Assembly (NCBI GenBank): GCA_964016885.1
Contig: OZ024742.1
Location: forward strand, 378,510,001-378,574,000
DNA length: 64,000 nucleotides
DNA from: Eledone cirrhosa
Lineage: Eukaryota
Reading direction: 5' to 3'
Below the pieces are notes generated by a model. It saw nothing but the letters and a program-made list of their open reading frames with translations, searched no databases and was not told the DNA's origin. This document shows, piece by piece, positions 1-13,020 of the stretch; the first letter of the stretch is position 1; every line of letters begins with the position of its first letter. The position numbers and the translations under genes were made by a program.

Positions 1-2700
1 GTCTATTGTAGCACTGAGCAGTCAATTGTATTAATGTTGTGGTCATTTGTAGCTCTCTTGTAGCACTGAGCAGTCTATTGTATTAATGTTGTGGTCATTT
101 GTAGCTCTATTATAGCACTGAGCCGTGTATTGTAATAGTGTTGTGGTCATTTGTAGCTCTATTGTAGCACTGAACAATCTATTGTATTAATGTTGTGGTC
201 AGTTGTATTCTATTGTAGCACTGAGCAGACTATTGTATTAATGTTGTGGTCATTTGTAGTATATTGTAGTTCTGAGCAGTCTATTGTATTGATGCTGTGG
301 TCATTTGTAGTCTATTGTAGCACTGAGCAGTCTATTGTATTAATGTTTTGGTCATTTGTAGTCTATTGTAGCACTGAGCAGTCTATTGTATTGATGTTGT
401 GGTCATCCGTAGTCTATTGTAACACTGAGCAGTCTATTGTATTAATGTTGTGGTTATTTGTAGCTCTATTGTAGCACTGAGCAGTCTATTATATTAATGT
501 TGTGGTCATTTGTAGTCTATTGTAGCACTGAGCAGTCTGTTGTATTAATGTTGTGGTCATTTGTAGCTCTATTGTAGCACTGAGCAGTCTATTGTATTAA
601 TGTTGTGGTCATTTGTAGCTCTATTGTAGCACTGAGCAGTCTATTGTATTAATGTTGTGGTCATTTGTAGTCTATTGTAGCACTGAGCAGTCTATTGTAT
701 TAGTGTTTTGGTCATTTGTAGCTCTATTGTAGCACTGTGCAGTCTATTGTATTAATGTTGTGGTCAGTTGTAGTCTATTGTAGCACTGAGCAGTCTATTG
801 TATTAATGTTGTGGTCATTTGTAGCTCTATTGTAGCACTGAGCAGTCTATTGTATTAATGTTGTGGTCATTTGTAGCTCTATTGTAGCACTGAGCATTGT
901 ATTGTATTAATGTTGTGGTCATTTGTAGTCTATTGTAGCACTGAGCAGTCAATTGTATTAATGTTGTGGTCATTTGTAGCTCTCTTGTAGCACTGAGCAG
1001 TCTATTGTATTAATGTTGTGGTCATTTGTAGCTCTATTATAGCACTGAGCCGTGTATTGTAATAGTGTTGTGGTCATTTGTAGCTCTATTGTAGCACTGA
1101 ACAATCTATTGTATTAATGTTGTGGTCAGTTGTATTCTATTGTAGCACTGAGCAGACTATTGTATTAATGTTGTGGTCATTTGTAGTATATTGTAGTTCT
1201 GAGCAGTCTATTGTATTGATGCTGTGGTCATTTGTAGTCTATTGTAGCACTGAGCAGTCTATTGTATTAATGTTTTGGTCATTTGTAGTCTATTGTAGCA
1301 CTGAGCAGTCTATTGTATTGATGTTGTGGTCATCCGTAGTCTATTGTAACACTGAGCAGTCTATTGTATTAATGTTGTGGTTATTTGTAGCTCTATTGTA
1401 GCACTGAGCAGTCTATTATATTAATGTTGTGGTCATTTGTAGTCTATTGTAGCACTGAGCAGTCTGTTGTATTAATGTTGTGGTCATTTGTAGCTCTATT
1501 GTAGCACTGAGCAGTCTATTGTATTAATGTTGTGGTCATTTGTAGCTCTATTGTAGCACTGAGCAGTCTATTGTATTAATGTTGTGGTCATTTGTTATCT
1601 ATTGTAGCACTGAGCAGTCTATTGTATTAGTGTTGTGGTCATTTGTAGCTCTATAGTAGCACTGAGCAGTCTATTGTATTAATGTTGTGGTCAGTTGTAT
1701 TCTATTGTAGCACTGAGCAGACTATTGTATTGATGTTGTGGTCATTTGTAGTCTATTGTAGCACTGATCAGTCTATTGTATTAATGTTGTGGTCATTTGT
1801 AGTCTATTGTAGCACTGAGCAGTCTATTGTATTAATGTTGTGGTCATTTGTAGTCTATTGTAGCACTGAGCAGTCTATTCTATTCATGTTGTGGTCATTT
1901 GTAGCTCTATTGTAGCACTGAGCAGTCTATTATATTAATGTTGTGGTCATTTGGAGTCTATTGTAGCACTGAGCAGTCTATTGTATTAGTGTTTTGGTCA
2001 TTTGTAGCTCTATTGTAGCACTGAGCAGTCTATTGTATTAATGTTGTGGTCAGTTGTAGTCTATTGTAGCACTGAGCAGTCTATTGTATTAATGTTGTGG
2101 TCATTTGTAGCTCTATTGTAGCACTGAGCAGTCTATTGTATTAATGTTGTGGTCATTTGTAGCTCTATTGTAGCACTGAGCATTGTATTGTATTAATGTT
2201 GTGGTCATTTGTAGTCTATTGTAGCACTGAGCAGTCAATTGTATTAATGTTGTGGTCATTTGTAGCTCTATTGTAGCACTGAGCAGTCTATTGTATTAAT
2301 GTTGTGGTCATTTGTAGCTCTATTATAGCACTGAGCCGTGTATTGTAATAGTGTTGTGGTCATTTGTAGCTCTATTGTAGCACTGAACAATCTATTGTAT
2401 TAATGTTGTGGTCAGTTGTATTCTATTGTAGCACTGAGCAGACTATTGTATTAATGTTGTGGTCATTTGTAGTATATTGTAGTTCTGAGCAGTCTATTTT
2501 ATTGATGCTGTGGTCATTTGTAGTCTATTGTAGCACTGAGCAGTCTATTGTATTAATGTTTTGGTCATTTGTAGTCTATTGTAGCACTGAGCAGTCTATT
2601 GTATTGATGTTGTGGTCATCCGTAGTCTATTGTAACACTGAGCAGTCTATTGTATTAATGTTGTGGTTATTTGTAGCTCTATTGTAGCACTGAGCAGTCT
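1..2700 (+). repeat. HOR block with 927-bp (18-mer) and 1286-bp (25-mer) periods
   Basis: A near-identical variant cassette (TAGTTCTGAG, CATCCGTAG, TGTAACAC, GGTTATTT) starts at 190, 1117 and 2403. Offsets are 927 and 1286. Confidence 0.9.
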
Positions 2701-4289
2701 ATTATATTAATGTTGTGGTCATTTGTAGTCTATTGTAGCACTGAGCAGTCTATTGTATTAGTGTTGTGGTCATTTGTAGCTCTATTGTAGCACTGAGCAG
2801 TCTATTGTATTAATGTTGTGGTCAGTTGTAGTCTATTGTAGCACTGAGCAGTCTATTGTATTAATGTTGTGGTCATTTGTAGCTCTATTGTAGCACTGAG
2901 CAGTCTATTGTATTAATGTTGTGGTCATTTGTAGCTCTATTGTAGCACTGAGCAGTCTATTGTATTAATGTTGTGGTCATTTGTAGCTCTATTGTAGCAC
3001 CGAGCAGTCTATTGTATTAATGTTGTGGTCATTTGTAGTCTATTGTAGCACTGAGCAGTATATTGTATTAGTGTTGTGGTCATTTGTAGCTCTATAGTAG
3101 CACTGAGCAGTCTATTGTATTAATGTTGTGGTCAGTTGTAGTCTATTGTAGCACTGAGCAGTCTATTGTATTAATGTTGTGATCATTTGTAGCTCTATTG
3201 TAGCACTGAGCAGTCTATTGTATTAATGTTGTGGTCAGTTGTAGTGTATTGTAGCACTGAGCAGTCTATTGTATTAATGTTGTGGTCATTTGTAGCTCTA
3301 TTGTAGCACTGAGCAGTCTATTGTATTAATTTTGTGGTCATTTATAGCTCTATTGTAGCACTGAGCATTGTATTGTATTAATGTTGTGGTCATTTGTAGC
3401 TCTATTGTAGCACTGAGCAGTCTATTGTATTAATGTTGTGGTCATTTGTAGTCTATTGTAGCACTGAGCAGTCTATTGTATTAGTGTTGTGGTCATTTGT
3501 AGCTCTATAGTAGCACTGAGCAGTCTATTGTATTAATGTTGTGGTCAGTTGTAGTTTATTGTAGCACTGAGCAGTCTATTGTATTAATGTTGTGGTCATT
3601 TGTAGCTCTATTGTAGCACTGAGCAGTCTATTTTATTAATGTTGTGGTCATTTGTAGTCTATTGTAGCACTGAGCAGCCTATTGTATTAGTGTTGTGGTC
3701 ATTTGTAGCTCAATAGTAGCACTGAGCAGTCTATTGTATTAATGTTGTGGTCATTTGTAGCTCTATTGTAGCACTGAGCATTGTATTGTATTAATGTTGT
3801 GGTCATTTGTAGTCTATTGTAGCACTGAGCAGTCTATTGTATCAATGTTGTGGTCATTTGTAGTCTATTGTAGCACTGAGCAGTCTATTGTATTAATGGT
3901 GTGGTCATTTGTAGTCTATTGTAGCACTGAGCAGTCTATTGTATTAATGTTGTGGTCATTTGTAGCTATATTGTAGCACTGAGCAGTCTATTGTATTAAT
4001 GTTGTGGTCAGTTGTATTCTATTGTAGCACTGAGCAGACTATTGTATTAATGTTGTGGTCATATGTAGTCTATTGTAGCACTGAGCAGTCTATTGTATTA
4101 GTGTTGTGGTCATTTGTAGTCTATTGTAGCACTGAGCAGTCTATTGTATTAATGCTGTGGTCAGTTATATTCTATTGTAGCACTGAGCAGACTATTGTAT
4201 TAATGTTGTGGTCATTTGTAGTCTATTGTAGCACTGAGCAGTCTATTTTATTAATATTGTGGTCATTTGTAGCTCTATTGTAGCACTGA

Positions 4290-6300
4290 GCATTGTATTG
4301 TATTAATGTTGTGGTCATTTGTAGTCTATTGTAGCACTGAGCAGTCTATTGTATTAATGTTGTGGTCAATTGTAGCTCTATTGTAGCACTGAGCAGTCTA
4401 TTGTATTAATGTTGTGGTCATTTGTAGTCTATTGTAGCACTGAGCAGTCTATTGTATTAATGTTGTGGTCATTTGTAGTCTATTGTAGCACTGAGCAGTG
4501 TATTGTATTAATGTTGTGGTCATTTGTAGCTCTATTGTAGCACTGAGTAGTGTATTGTATTAATGTTGTGGTCATTTGTAGTCTATTGTAGCACTGACCA
4601 TTCTATTGTATTAATGTTGTGGTCATTTGTAGCTCTATTGTAGCACTGAGCAGTCTATTGTATTAATGTTGTGGTCATTTGTAGCTCTATTGTATCACTG
4701 AGCAGTCTATTGTATTAATGTTGTGGTCATGTGTAGTCTATTGTAGCACTGAGCTGTCTATTGTATTAATGTTGTGGTCATTTGTAGCTCTATAGTAGCA
4801 ATGAGCAGTCTATTGTATTAATGTTGTGGTAATTTGTAGTCTATTGTAGCACTGAGCAGTGTATTGTATTAATATTGTGGTCATTTGTAGTCTATTGTAG
4901 CACTGAGCAGTCTATTGTATTAATGTTGTGGTCATTTGTAGTCTATTGTAGCACTGAGCAGTCTATTGTATTAATGTTGTGGTCATTTGTATCTCTATTA
5001 TAGCACTGAGCAGTCTATTGTATTAATGTTGTGGTCATTTGAAGTCTATTGTAGCGCTGAGCAGTCTATTGTATTAATGTTGTGGTCATTTGTAGTCTAT
5101 TGTAGCACTGAGCAGTCTATTGTATTAATGTTGTGGTCATTTGTAGTCTATTGTAGCACTGAGCATGGTATTGTATTAATGTTGTGGTCATTTGTAGTCT
5201 ACTGTAGCACTGAGCAGTCTATTGTATTAATGTTGTGGTCATTTGTAGCTCTATTGTAGCACTGAGCAGTCTATTGTATTAATGTTGTGGTCATTTGTAG
5301 TCTATTGTAGCACTGAGCAGTCTATTGTATTAATGTTGTGGTCAATTGTAGCTCTATTGTAGCACTGAGCAGTCTATTGTATTAATGTTGTGGTCATTTG
5401 TAGTCTATTGTAGCACTGAGCAGTCTATTGTATTAATGTTGTGGTCATTTGTAGTCTATTGTAGCACTGAGCAGTGTATTGTATTAATGTTGTGGTCATA
5501 TGTAGCTCTATTGTAGCACTGAGTAGTGTATTGTATTAATGTTGTGGTCATTTGTAGTCTATTGTAGCACTGACCATTCTATTGTATTAATGTTGTGGTC
5601 ATTTGTAGCTCTATTGTAGCACTGAGCAGTCTATTGTATTAATGTTGTCGTCATTTGTAGCTCTATTGTATCACTGAGCAGTCTATTGTATTAATGTTGT
5701 GGTCATGTGTAGTCTATTGTAGCACTGAGCTGTCTATTGTATTAATGTTGTGGTCATTTGTAGCTCTATAGTAGCAATGAGCAGTCTATTGTATTAATGT
5801 TGTGGTAATTTGTAGTCTATTGTAGCACTGAGCAGTGTATTGTATTAATATTGTGGTCATTTGTAGTCTATTGTAGCACTGAGCAGTCTATTGTATTAAT
5901 GTTGTGGTCATTTGTAGTCTATTGTAGCACTGAGCAGTCTATTGTATTAATGTTGTGGTCATTTGTAGCTCTATTATAGCACTGAGCAGTCTATTGTATT
6001 AATGTTGTGGTCATTTGAAGTCTATTGTAGCACTGAGCAGTCTATTGTATTAATGTTGTGGTCATTTGTAGTCTATTGTAGCACTGAGCAGTCTATTGTA
6101 TTAATGTTGTGGTCATTTGTAGTCTATTGTAGCACTGAGCATGGTATTGTATTAATGTTGTGGTCATTTGTAGTCTACTGTAGCACTGAGCAGTCTATTG
6201 TATTAATGTTGTGGTCATTTGTAGCTCTATTGTAGCACTGAGCAGTCTATTGTATTAATGTTGTGGTCATTTGTAGTCTATTGTAGCACTGAGCAGTCTA
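4290..6300 (+). repeat. 976-bp (19-mer) tandem duplication
   Basis: Variants TGACCATTCT (4595/5571), TGTATCAC, CATGTGTAG, TTTGAAG and GCATGGTAT recur at offset 976. Confidence 0.88.
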
Positions 6301-9300
6301 TTGTATTAATGCTGTGGTCAGTTATATTCTATTGTAGCACTGAGCAGACTATTGTATTAATGTTGTGGTCATTTGTAGTCTATTGTAGTACTGAGCAGTC
6401 TATTTTATTAATGTTGTGGTCATTTGTAGCTCTATTGTAGCACTGAGCATTGTATTGTATTAATGTTGTGGTCATTTGTAGTCTATTGTAGCACTGAGCA
6501 ATCTATTGTATTAATGTTGTGGTCATTTGTAGTACTATTGTAGCACTGAGCAGTCTATTGTATTAATGTTGTGGTCATTTGTAGTCTATTGTAGCACTGA
6601 GCAGTCTATTGTATTAATGTTGTGGTCATTTGTAGTCTATTGTAGCACTGAGCAGTGTATTGTATTAATGTTGTGGTCATTTGTAGCTCTATTGTAGCAC
6701 TGAGCATTGTATTGTATTAATGTTGTGGTCATTTGTAGTCTATTGTAGCACTGAGCAGTCTATTGTATTAATGTTGTGGTCATTTGTAGTTCTATTGTAG
6801 CACTGAGCAGTCTATTGTATTAATGTTGTGGTAATTTGTAGTCTATTGTAGCACTGAGCAGTGTATTGTACTAATGTTGTGGTAATTAGTAGTCTATTGT
6901 AGCACTGAGCAGTGTATTGTATTAATATTGTGGTCATTTGTAGTCTATTGTAGCACTGAGCAGTCTATTTTATTAATGTTGTGGTCATTTGTAGTCTATT
7001 GTAGCACTGAGCAGTCTATTGAATTAATGTTGTGGTCATTTGTAGCTCTATTGTAGCACTGAGCAGTCTATTGTATTAATGTTGTGGTCATTTGTAGTCT
7101 ATTGTAGCACTGAGCAGTCTGTTGTATTAATGTTGTGGTCATTTGTAGCTCTATTGTAGCACTGAGCAGTCTATTGTATTAATGTTGTGGTCATTTGTAG
7201 TCTATTGTAGCACTGAGCAGTCTGTTGTATTAATGTTGTGGTCATTTGTAGCTTTATTGTAGAACTGAGCACTCTATTGTATTAATGTTGTGGTCATTTG
7301 CAGCTCTATTATAGCACTGAGCCGTGTATTGTAATAGTGTTGTGGTCATTTGTAGCTCTATTGTAGCACTGAGCAATCTATTGTATTAATGTTGTGGTCA
7401 GTTGTATTCTATTGTAGCACTGAGCAGACTATTGTATTAATGTTGTGGTCATTTGTAGTATATTGTAGTTCTGAGCAGTCTATTGTATTGATGCTGTGGT
7501 CATTTGTAGTCTATTGTAGCACTGAGCAGTCTATTGTATTAATGTTTTGGTCATTTGTAGTCTATTGTAGCACTGAGCAGTCTATTGTATTGATGTTGTG
7601 GTCATCCGTAGTCTATTGTAACACTGAGCAGTCTATTGTATTAATGTTGTGGTTATTTGTAGCTCTATTGTAGCACTGAGCAGTCTATTATATTAATGTT
7701 GTGGTCATTTGTAGTCTATTGAAGCACTGAGCAGTCTATTGTATTAATGTTGTGGTCAGTTGTAGTCTATTGTAGCACTGAGCAGTCTATTGTATTAATG
7801 TTGTGGTCATTTGTAGCTCTATTGTAGCACTGAGCATTGTATTGTATTAATGTTGTGGTCATTTGTTGTCTATTGTAGCACTGAGCAGTCTATTGTATTA
7901 ATGTTGTGGTCATTTGTAGTCTATTGTAGAACTGAGCAGTCTATTGTATTAATGTTGTGGTCATTCGTAGTCTATTGTAGCACTGAGCAGTCTATTGTAT
8001 TAATGTTGTGGTCATTTGTAGTCTATTGTAGCACTGAACAGTCTATTGTATTAATGTTGTGGTCATTTGTAGCTCTATTGTAGCACTGAGCAGTCTATTA
8101 TATTAATGTTGTGGTCATTTGTAGTCTATTGTAGCACTGAGCAGTCTATTGTATTAGTGTTGTGGTCATTTGTAGCTCTATTGTAGCACTGAGCAGTCTA
8201 TTGTATTAATGTTGTGGTCAGTTGTAGTGTATTGTAGCACTGAGCAGTCTATTGTATTAATGTTGTGGTCATTTGTAGCTCTATTGTAGCACTGAGCAGT
8301 CTATTGTATTAATTTTGTGGTCATTTGTAGCTCTATTGTAGCACTGAGCAGTCTATTGTATTAATGTTGTGGTCATTTGTAGTCTATTGTAGCACTGAGC
8401 AGTCTATTGTATTAATGTTGTGGTCATTTGTAGCTCTATTGTAGCACTGAGCAGTCTATTGTATTAATGTTGTGGTCATTTGTAGCTCTATTGTAGCACT
8501 GAGCAGTGTATTGTATGAATGTTGTGGTCATTTGTAGTCTATTGTAGCACTGAGCAGTCTATTGTACTAGTGTTGTGGTCATTTGTAGCTCTATAGTAGC
8601 ACTGAGCAGTCTATTGTATTAATGTTGTGGTCAGTTGTAGTCTATTGTAGCACTGAGCAGTCTATTGTATTAATGTTGTGGTCATTTATAGCTCTATTGT
8701 AGCACTGAGCAGTCTATTGTATTAATGTTGTGGTCATTTGTAGTCTATTGTAGCACTGAGCAGTCTATTGTATTAATGTTGTGGTCATTTGTAGTCTATT
8801 GTAGCACTGAGCAGTCTATTGTATTAATGTTGTGGTCATTTGTAGCTCTATTGCAGCACTGAGCAGTCTATTATATTAATGTTGTGGTCATTTGTAGCTC
8901 TATTGTAGCACTGAGCAGTCTATTGTATTAATGTTGTGGTCATTTGTAGCTCTATTGTAGCACTGAGCAGTCTATTGTATTAATGTTGTGGTCATTTGTA
9001 GTCTATTGTAGCACTGAGCAGTCTATTGTATTAATGTTGTGGTCATTTGTAGCTCTATTGTAGCACTGAGCAGTCTATTGTATTAATGTTGTGGTCATTT
9101 GTAGCTCTATTGTAGCACTGAGCAGTCTATTGTATTAATGTTGTGGTCATTTGTAGTCTATTGTAGCACTGAGCAGTCTATTGTATTAGTGTTGTGGTCA
9201 TTTGTAGCTCTATAGTAGCACTGAGCAGTCTATTGTATTAATGTTGTGGTCAGTTGTATTCTATTGTAGCACTGAGCAGACTATTGTATTAATGTTGTGG

Positions 9301-10469
9301 TCATTTGTAGTATATTGTAATTCTGAGCAGTCTATTGTATTGATGTTGTGGTCATTTGTAGTCTATTGTAGCACTGATCAGTCTATTGTATTAATGTTGT
9401 GGTCATTTGTAGTCTATTGTAGCACTGAGCAGTCTATTGTATTAATGTTGTGGTCATTTGTAGTCTATTGTAGCACTGAGCAGTCTATTGTATTAATGTT
9501 GTGGTCATTTGTAGCTCTATTGTAGCAATGAGTAGTCTATTATATTAATGTTGTGGTCATTTGGAGTCTATTGTAGCACTGAGCAGTCTATTGTATTAGT
9601 GTTTTGGTCATTTGTAGCTCTATTGTAGCACTGAGCAGTCTATTGTATTAATGTTGTGGTCAGTTGTAGTCTATTGTAGCACTGAGCAGTCTATTGTATT
9701 AATGTTGTGGTCATTTGTAGCTCTATTGTAGCACTGAGCAGTCTATTGTATTAATGTTGTGGTCATTTGTAGCTCTATTGTAGCACTGAGCATTGTATTG
9801 TATTAATGTTGTGGTCATTTGTAGTCTATTGTAGCACTGTGCAGTCAATTGTATTAATGTTGTGGTCATTTGTAGCTCTATTGTAATTCTGAGCAGTCTA
9901 TTGTATTGATGTTGTGGTCATTTGTAATCTATTGTAGCACTGATCAGTCTATTGTATTAATGTTGTGGTCAGTTGTATTCTATTGTAGCACTGAGCAGAC
10001 TATTGTATTAATGTTGTGATCATTTGTAGTATATTGTAGTTCTGAGCAGTCTATTGTATTGATGTTGTAGTCATTTGTAGTCTATTGTAGCACTGAGCAG
10101 TCTATTGTATTAATGTTGTGGTCATTTGTAGTCTATTGTAGCACTGAGCAGTCTATTGTATTAATGTTGTGGTCATTTGTAGTCTATTGTAGCACTGAGC
10201 AGTCTATTGTATTAATGTTGTGATCATTTGTAGCTCTATTGCAGCACTGAGCAGTCTATTATATTAATGTTGTGGTCATTTGTAGCTCTATTGTAGCACT
10301 GAGCAGTCTATTGTATTAATGTTGTGGTCATTTGTAGCTCTATTGTAGCACTGAGCAGTCTATTGTATTAATGTTGTGGTCATTTGTAGTCTATTGTAGC
10401 ACTGAGCAGTCTATTGTATTAGTGTTGTGGTCATTTGTAGCTCTATAGTAGCACTGAGCAGTCTATTGT

Positions 10470-13020
10470 ATTAATGTTGTGGTCAGTTGTATTCTATTGT
10501 AGCACTGAGCAGACTATTGTATTGATGTTGTGGTCATTTGTAGTCTATTGTAGCACTGATCAGTCTATTGTATTAATGTTGTGGTCATTTGTAGTCTATT
10601 GTAGCACTGAGCAGTCTATTGTATTAATGTTGTGGTCATTTATAGTCTATTGTAGCACTGAGCAGTCTATTGTATTCATGTTGTGGTCATTTGTAGCTCT
10701 ATTGTAGCACTGAGCAGTCTATTATATTAATGTTGTGGTCATTTGGAGTCTATTGTAGCACTGAGCAGTCTATTGTATTAGTGTTTTGGTCATTTGTAGC
10801 TCTTTTGTAGCACTGTGCAGTCTATTGTATTAATGTTGTGGTCAGTTGTAGTCTATTGTAGCACTGAGCAGTCTATTGTATTAATGTTGTGGTCATTTGT
10901 AGCTCTATTGTAGCACTGAGCAGTCTATTGTATTAATGTTGTGGTCATTTGTAGCTCTATTGTAGCACTGAGCATTGTATTGTATTAATGTTGTGGTCAT
11001 TTGTAGTCTATTGTAGCACTGAGCAGTCAATTGTATTAATGTTGTGGTCATTTGTAGCTCTATTGTAGCACTGAGCAGTCTATTGTATTAATGTTGTGGT
11101 CATTTGTAGCTCTATTATAGCACTGAGCCGTGTATTGTAATAGTGTTGTGGTCATTTGTAGCTCTATTGTAGCACTGAACAATCTATTGTATTAATGTTG
11201 TGGTCAGTTGTATTCTATTGTAGCACTGAGCAGACTATTGTATTAATGTTGTGGTCATTTGTAGTATATTGTAGTTCTGAGCAGTCTATTGTATTGATGC
11301 TGTGGTCATTTGTAGTCTATTGTAGCACTGAGCAGTCTATTGTATTAATGTTTTGGTCATTTGTAGTCTATTGTAGCACTGAGCAGTCTATTGTATTGAT
11401 GTTGTGGTCATCCGTAGTCTATTGTAACACTGAGCAGTCTATTGTATTAATGTTGTGGTTATTTGTAGCTCTATTGTAGCACTGAGCAGTCTATTATATT
11501 AATGTTGTGGTCATTTGTAGTCTATTGTAGCACTGAGCAGTCTGTTGTATTAATGTTGTGGTCATTTGTAGCTCTATTGTAGCACTGAGCAGTCTATTGT
11601 ATTAATGTTGTGGTCATTTGTAGCTCTATTGTAGCACTGAGCAGTCTATTGTATTAATGTTGTGGTCATTTGTAGTCTATTGTAGCACTGAGCAGTCTAT
11701 TGTATTAGTGTTGTGGTCATTTGTAGCTCTATAGTAGCACTGAGCAGTCTATTGTATTAATGTTGTGGTCAGTTGTATTCTATTGTAGCACTGAGCAGAC
11801 TATTGTATTGATGTTGTGGTCATTTGTAGTCTATTGTAGCACTGATCAGTCTATTGTATTAATGTTGTGGTCATTTGTAGTCTATTGTAGCACTGAGCAG
11901 TCTATTGTATTAATGTTGTGGTCATTTGTAGTCTATTGTAGCACTGAGCAGTCTATTGTATTCATGTTGTGGTCATTTGTAGCTCTATTGTAGCACTGAG
12001 CAGTCTATTATATTAATGTTGTGGTCATTTGGAGTCTATTGTAGCACTGAGCAGTCTATTGTATTAGTGTTTTGGTCATTTGTAGCTCTATTGTAGCACT
12101 GAGCAGTCTATTGTATTAATGTTGTGGTCAGTTGTAGTCTATTGTAGCACTGAGCAGTCTATTGTATTAATGTTGTGGTCATTTGTAGCTCTATTGTAGC
12201 ACTGAGCAGTCTATTGTATTAATGTTGTGGTCATTTGTAGCTCTATTGTAGCACTGAGCATTGTATTGTATTAATGTTGTGGTCATTTGTAGTCTATTGT
12301 AGCACTGAGCAGTCAATTGTATTAATGTTGTGGTCATTTGTAGCTCTATTGTAGCACTGAGCAGTCTATTGTATTAATGTTGTGGTCATTTGTAGCTCTA
12401 TTATAGCACTGAGCCGTGTATTGTAATAGTGTTGTGGTCATTTGTAGCTCTATTGTAGCACTGAACAATCTATTGTATTAATGTTGTGGTCAGTTGTATT
12501 CTATTGTAGCACTGAGCAGACTATTGTATTAATGTTGTGGTCATTTGTAGTATATTGTAGTTCTGAGCAGTCTATTGTATTGATGCTGTGGTCATTTGTA
12601 GTCTATTGTAGCACTGAGCAGTCTATTGTAATAATGTTTTGGTCATTTGTAGTCTATTGTAGCACTGAGCAGTCTATTGTATTAATGTTGTGGTCATCCG
12701 TAGTCTATTGTAACACTGAGCAGTCTATTGTATTAATGTTGTGGTCATTTGTAGTCTATTGTAGCACTGAACAGTCTATTGTATTAATGTTGTGGTCATC
12801 CGTAGTCTATTGTAACACTGAGCAGTCTATTGTATTAATGTTGTGGTCATCCGTAGTCTATTGTAACACTGAGCAGTCTATTGTAATAATGTTTTGGTCA
12901 TTTGTAGTCTATTGTAGCACTGAGCAGTCTATTGTATTGATGTTGTGGTCATCCGTAGTCTATTGTAACACTGAGCAGTCTATTGTATTAATGTTGTGGT
13001 TATTTGTAGCTCTATTGTAG
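10470..13020 (+). repeat. 1286-bp (25-mer) HOR pair; most of it is also a copy of ~690-2690 at offset 10,078
   Basis: ORF-track starts 10474/11760 and 11195/12481 differ by 1286. Starts 1117/11195, 1682/11760 and 2403/12481 differ by 10,078. The rare CACTGTGC variant sits at 738 and 10816. Confidence 0.88.

Noticed and set aside
1-104. Structured RNA, tRNA-derived unit or tandem ribozyme in the monomer (the CTGA motif resembles part of the hammerhead core CTGANGA)
   Set aside because: The consensus reads CTGAGCA rather than CTGANGA and has no GAAA. Only 3-4-bp inverted repeats and the ATTAAT palindrome are present, so no convincing stems or Pol III boxes exist.
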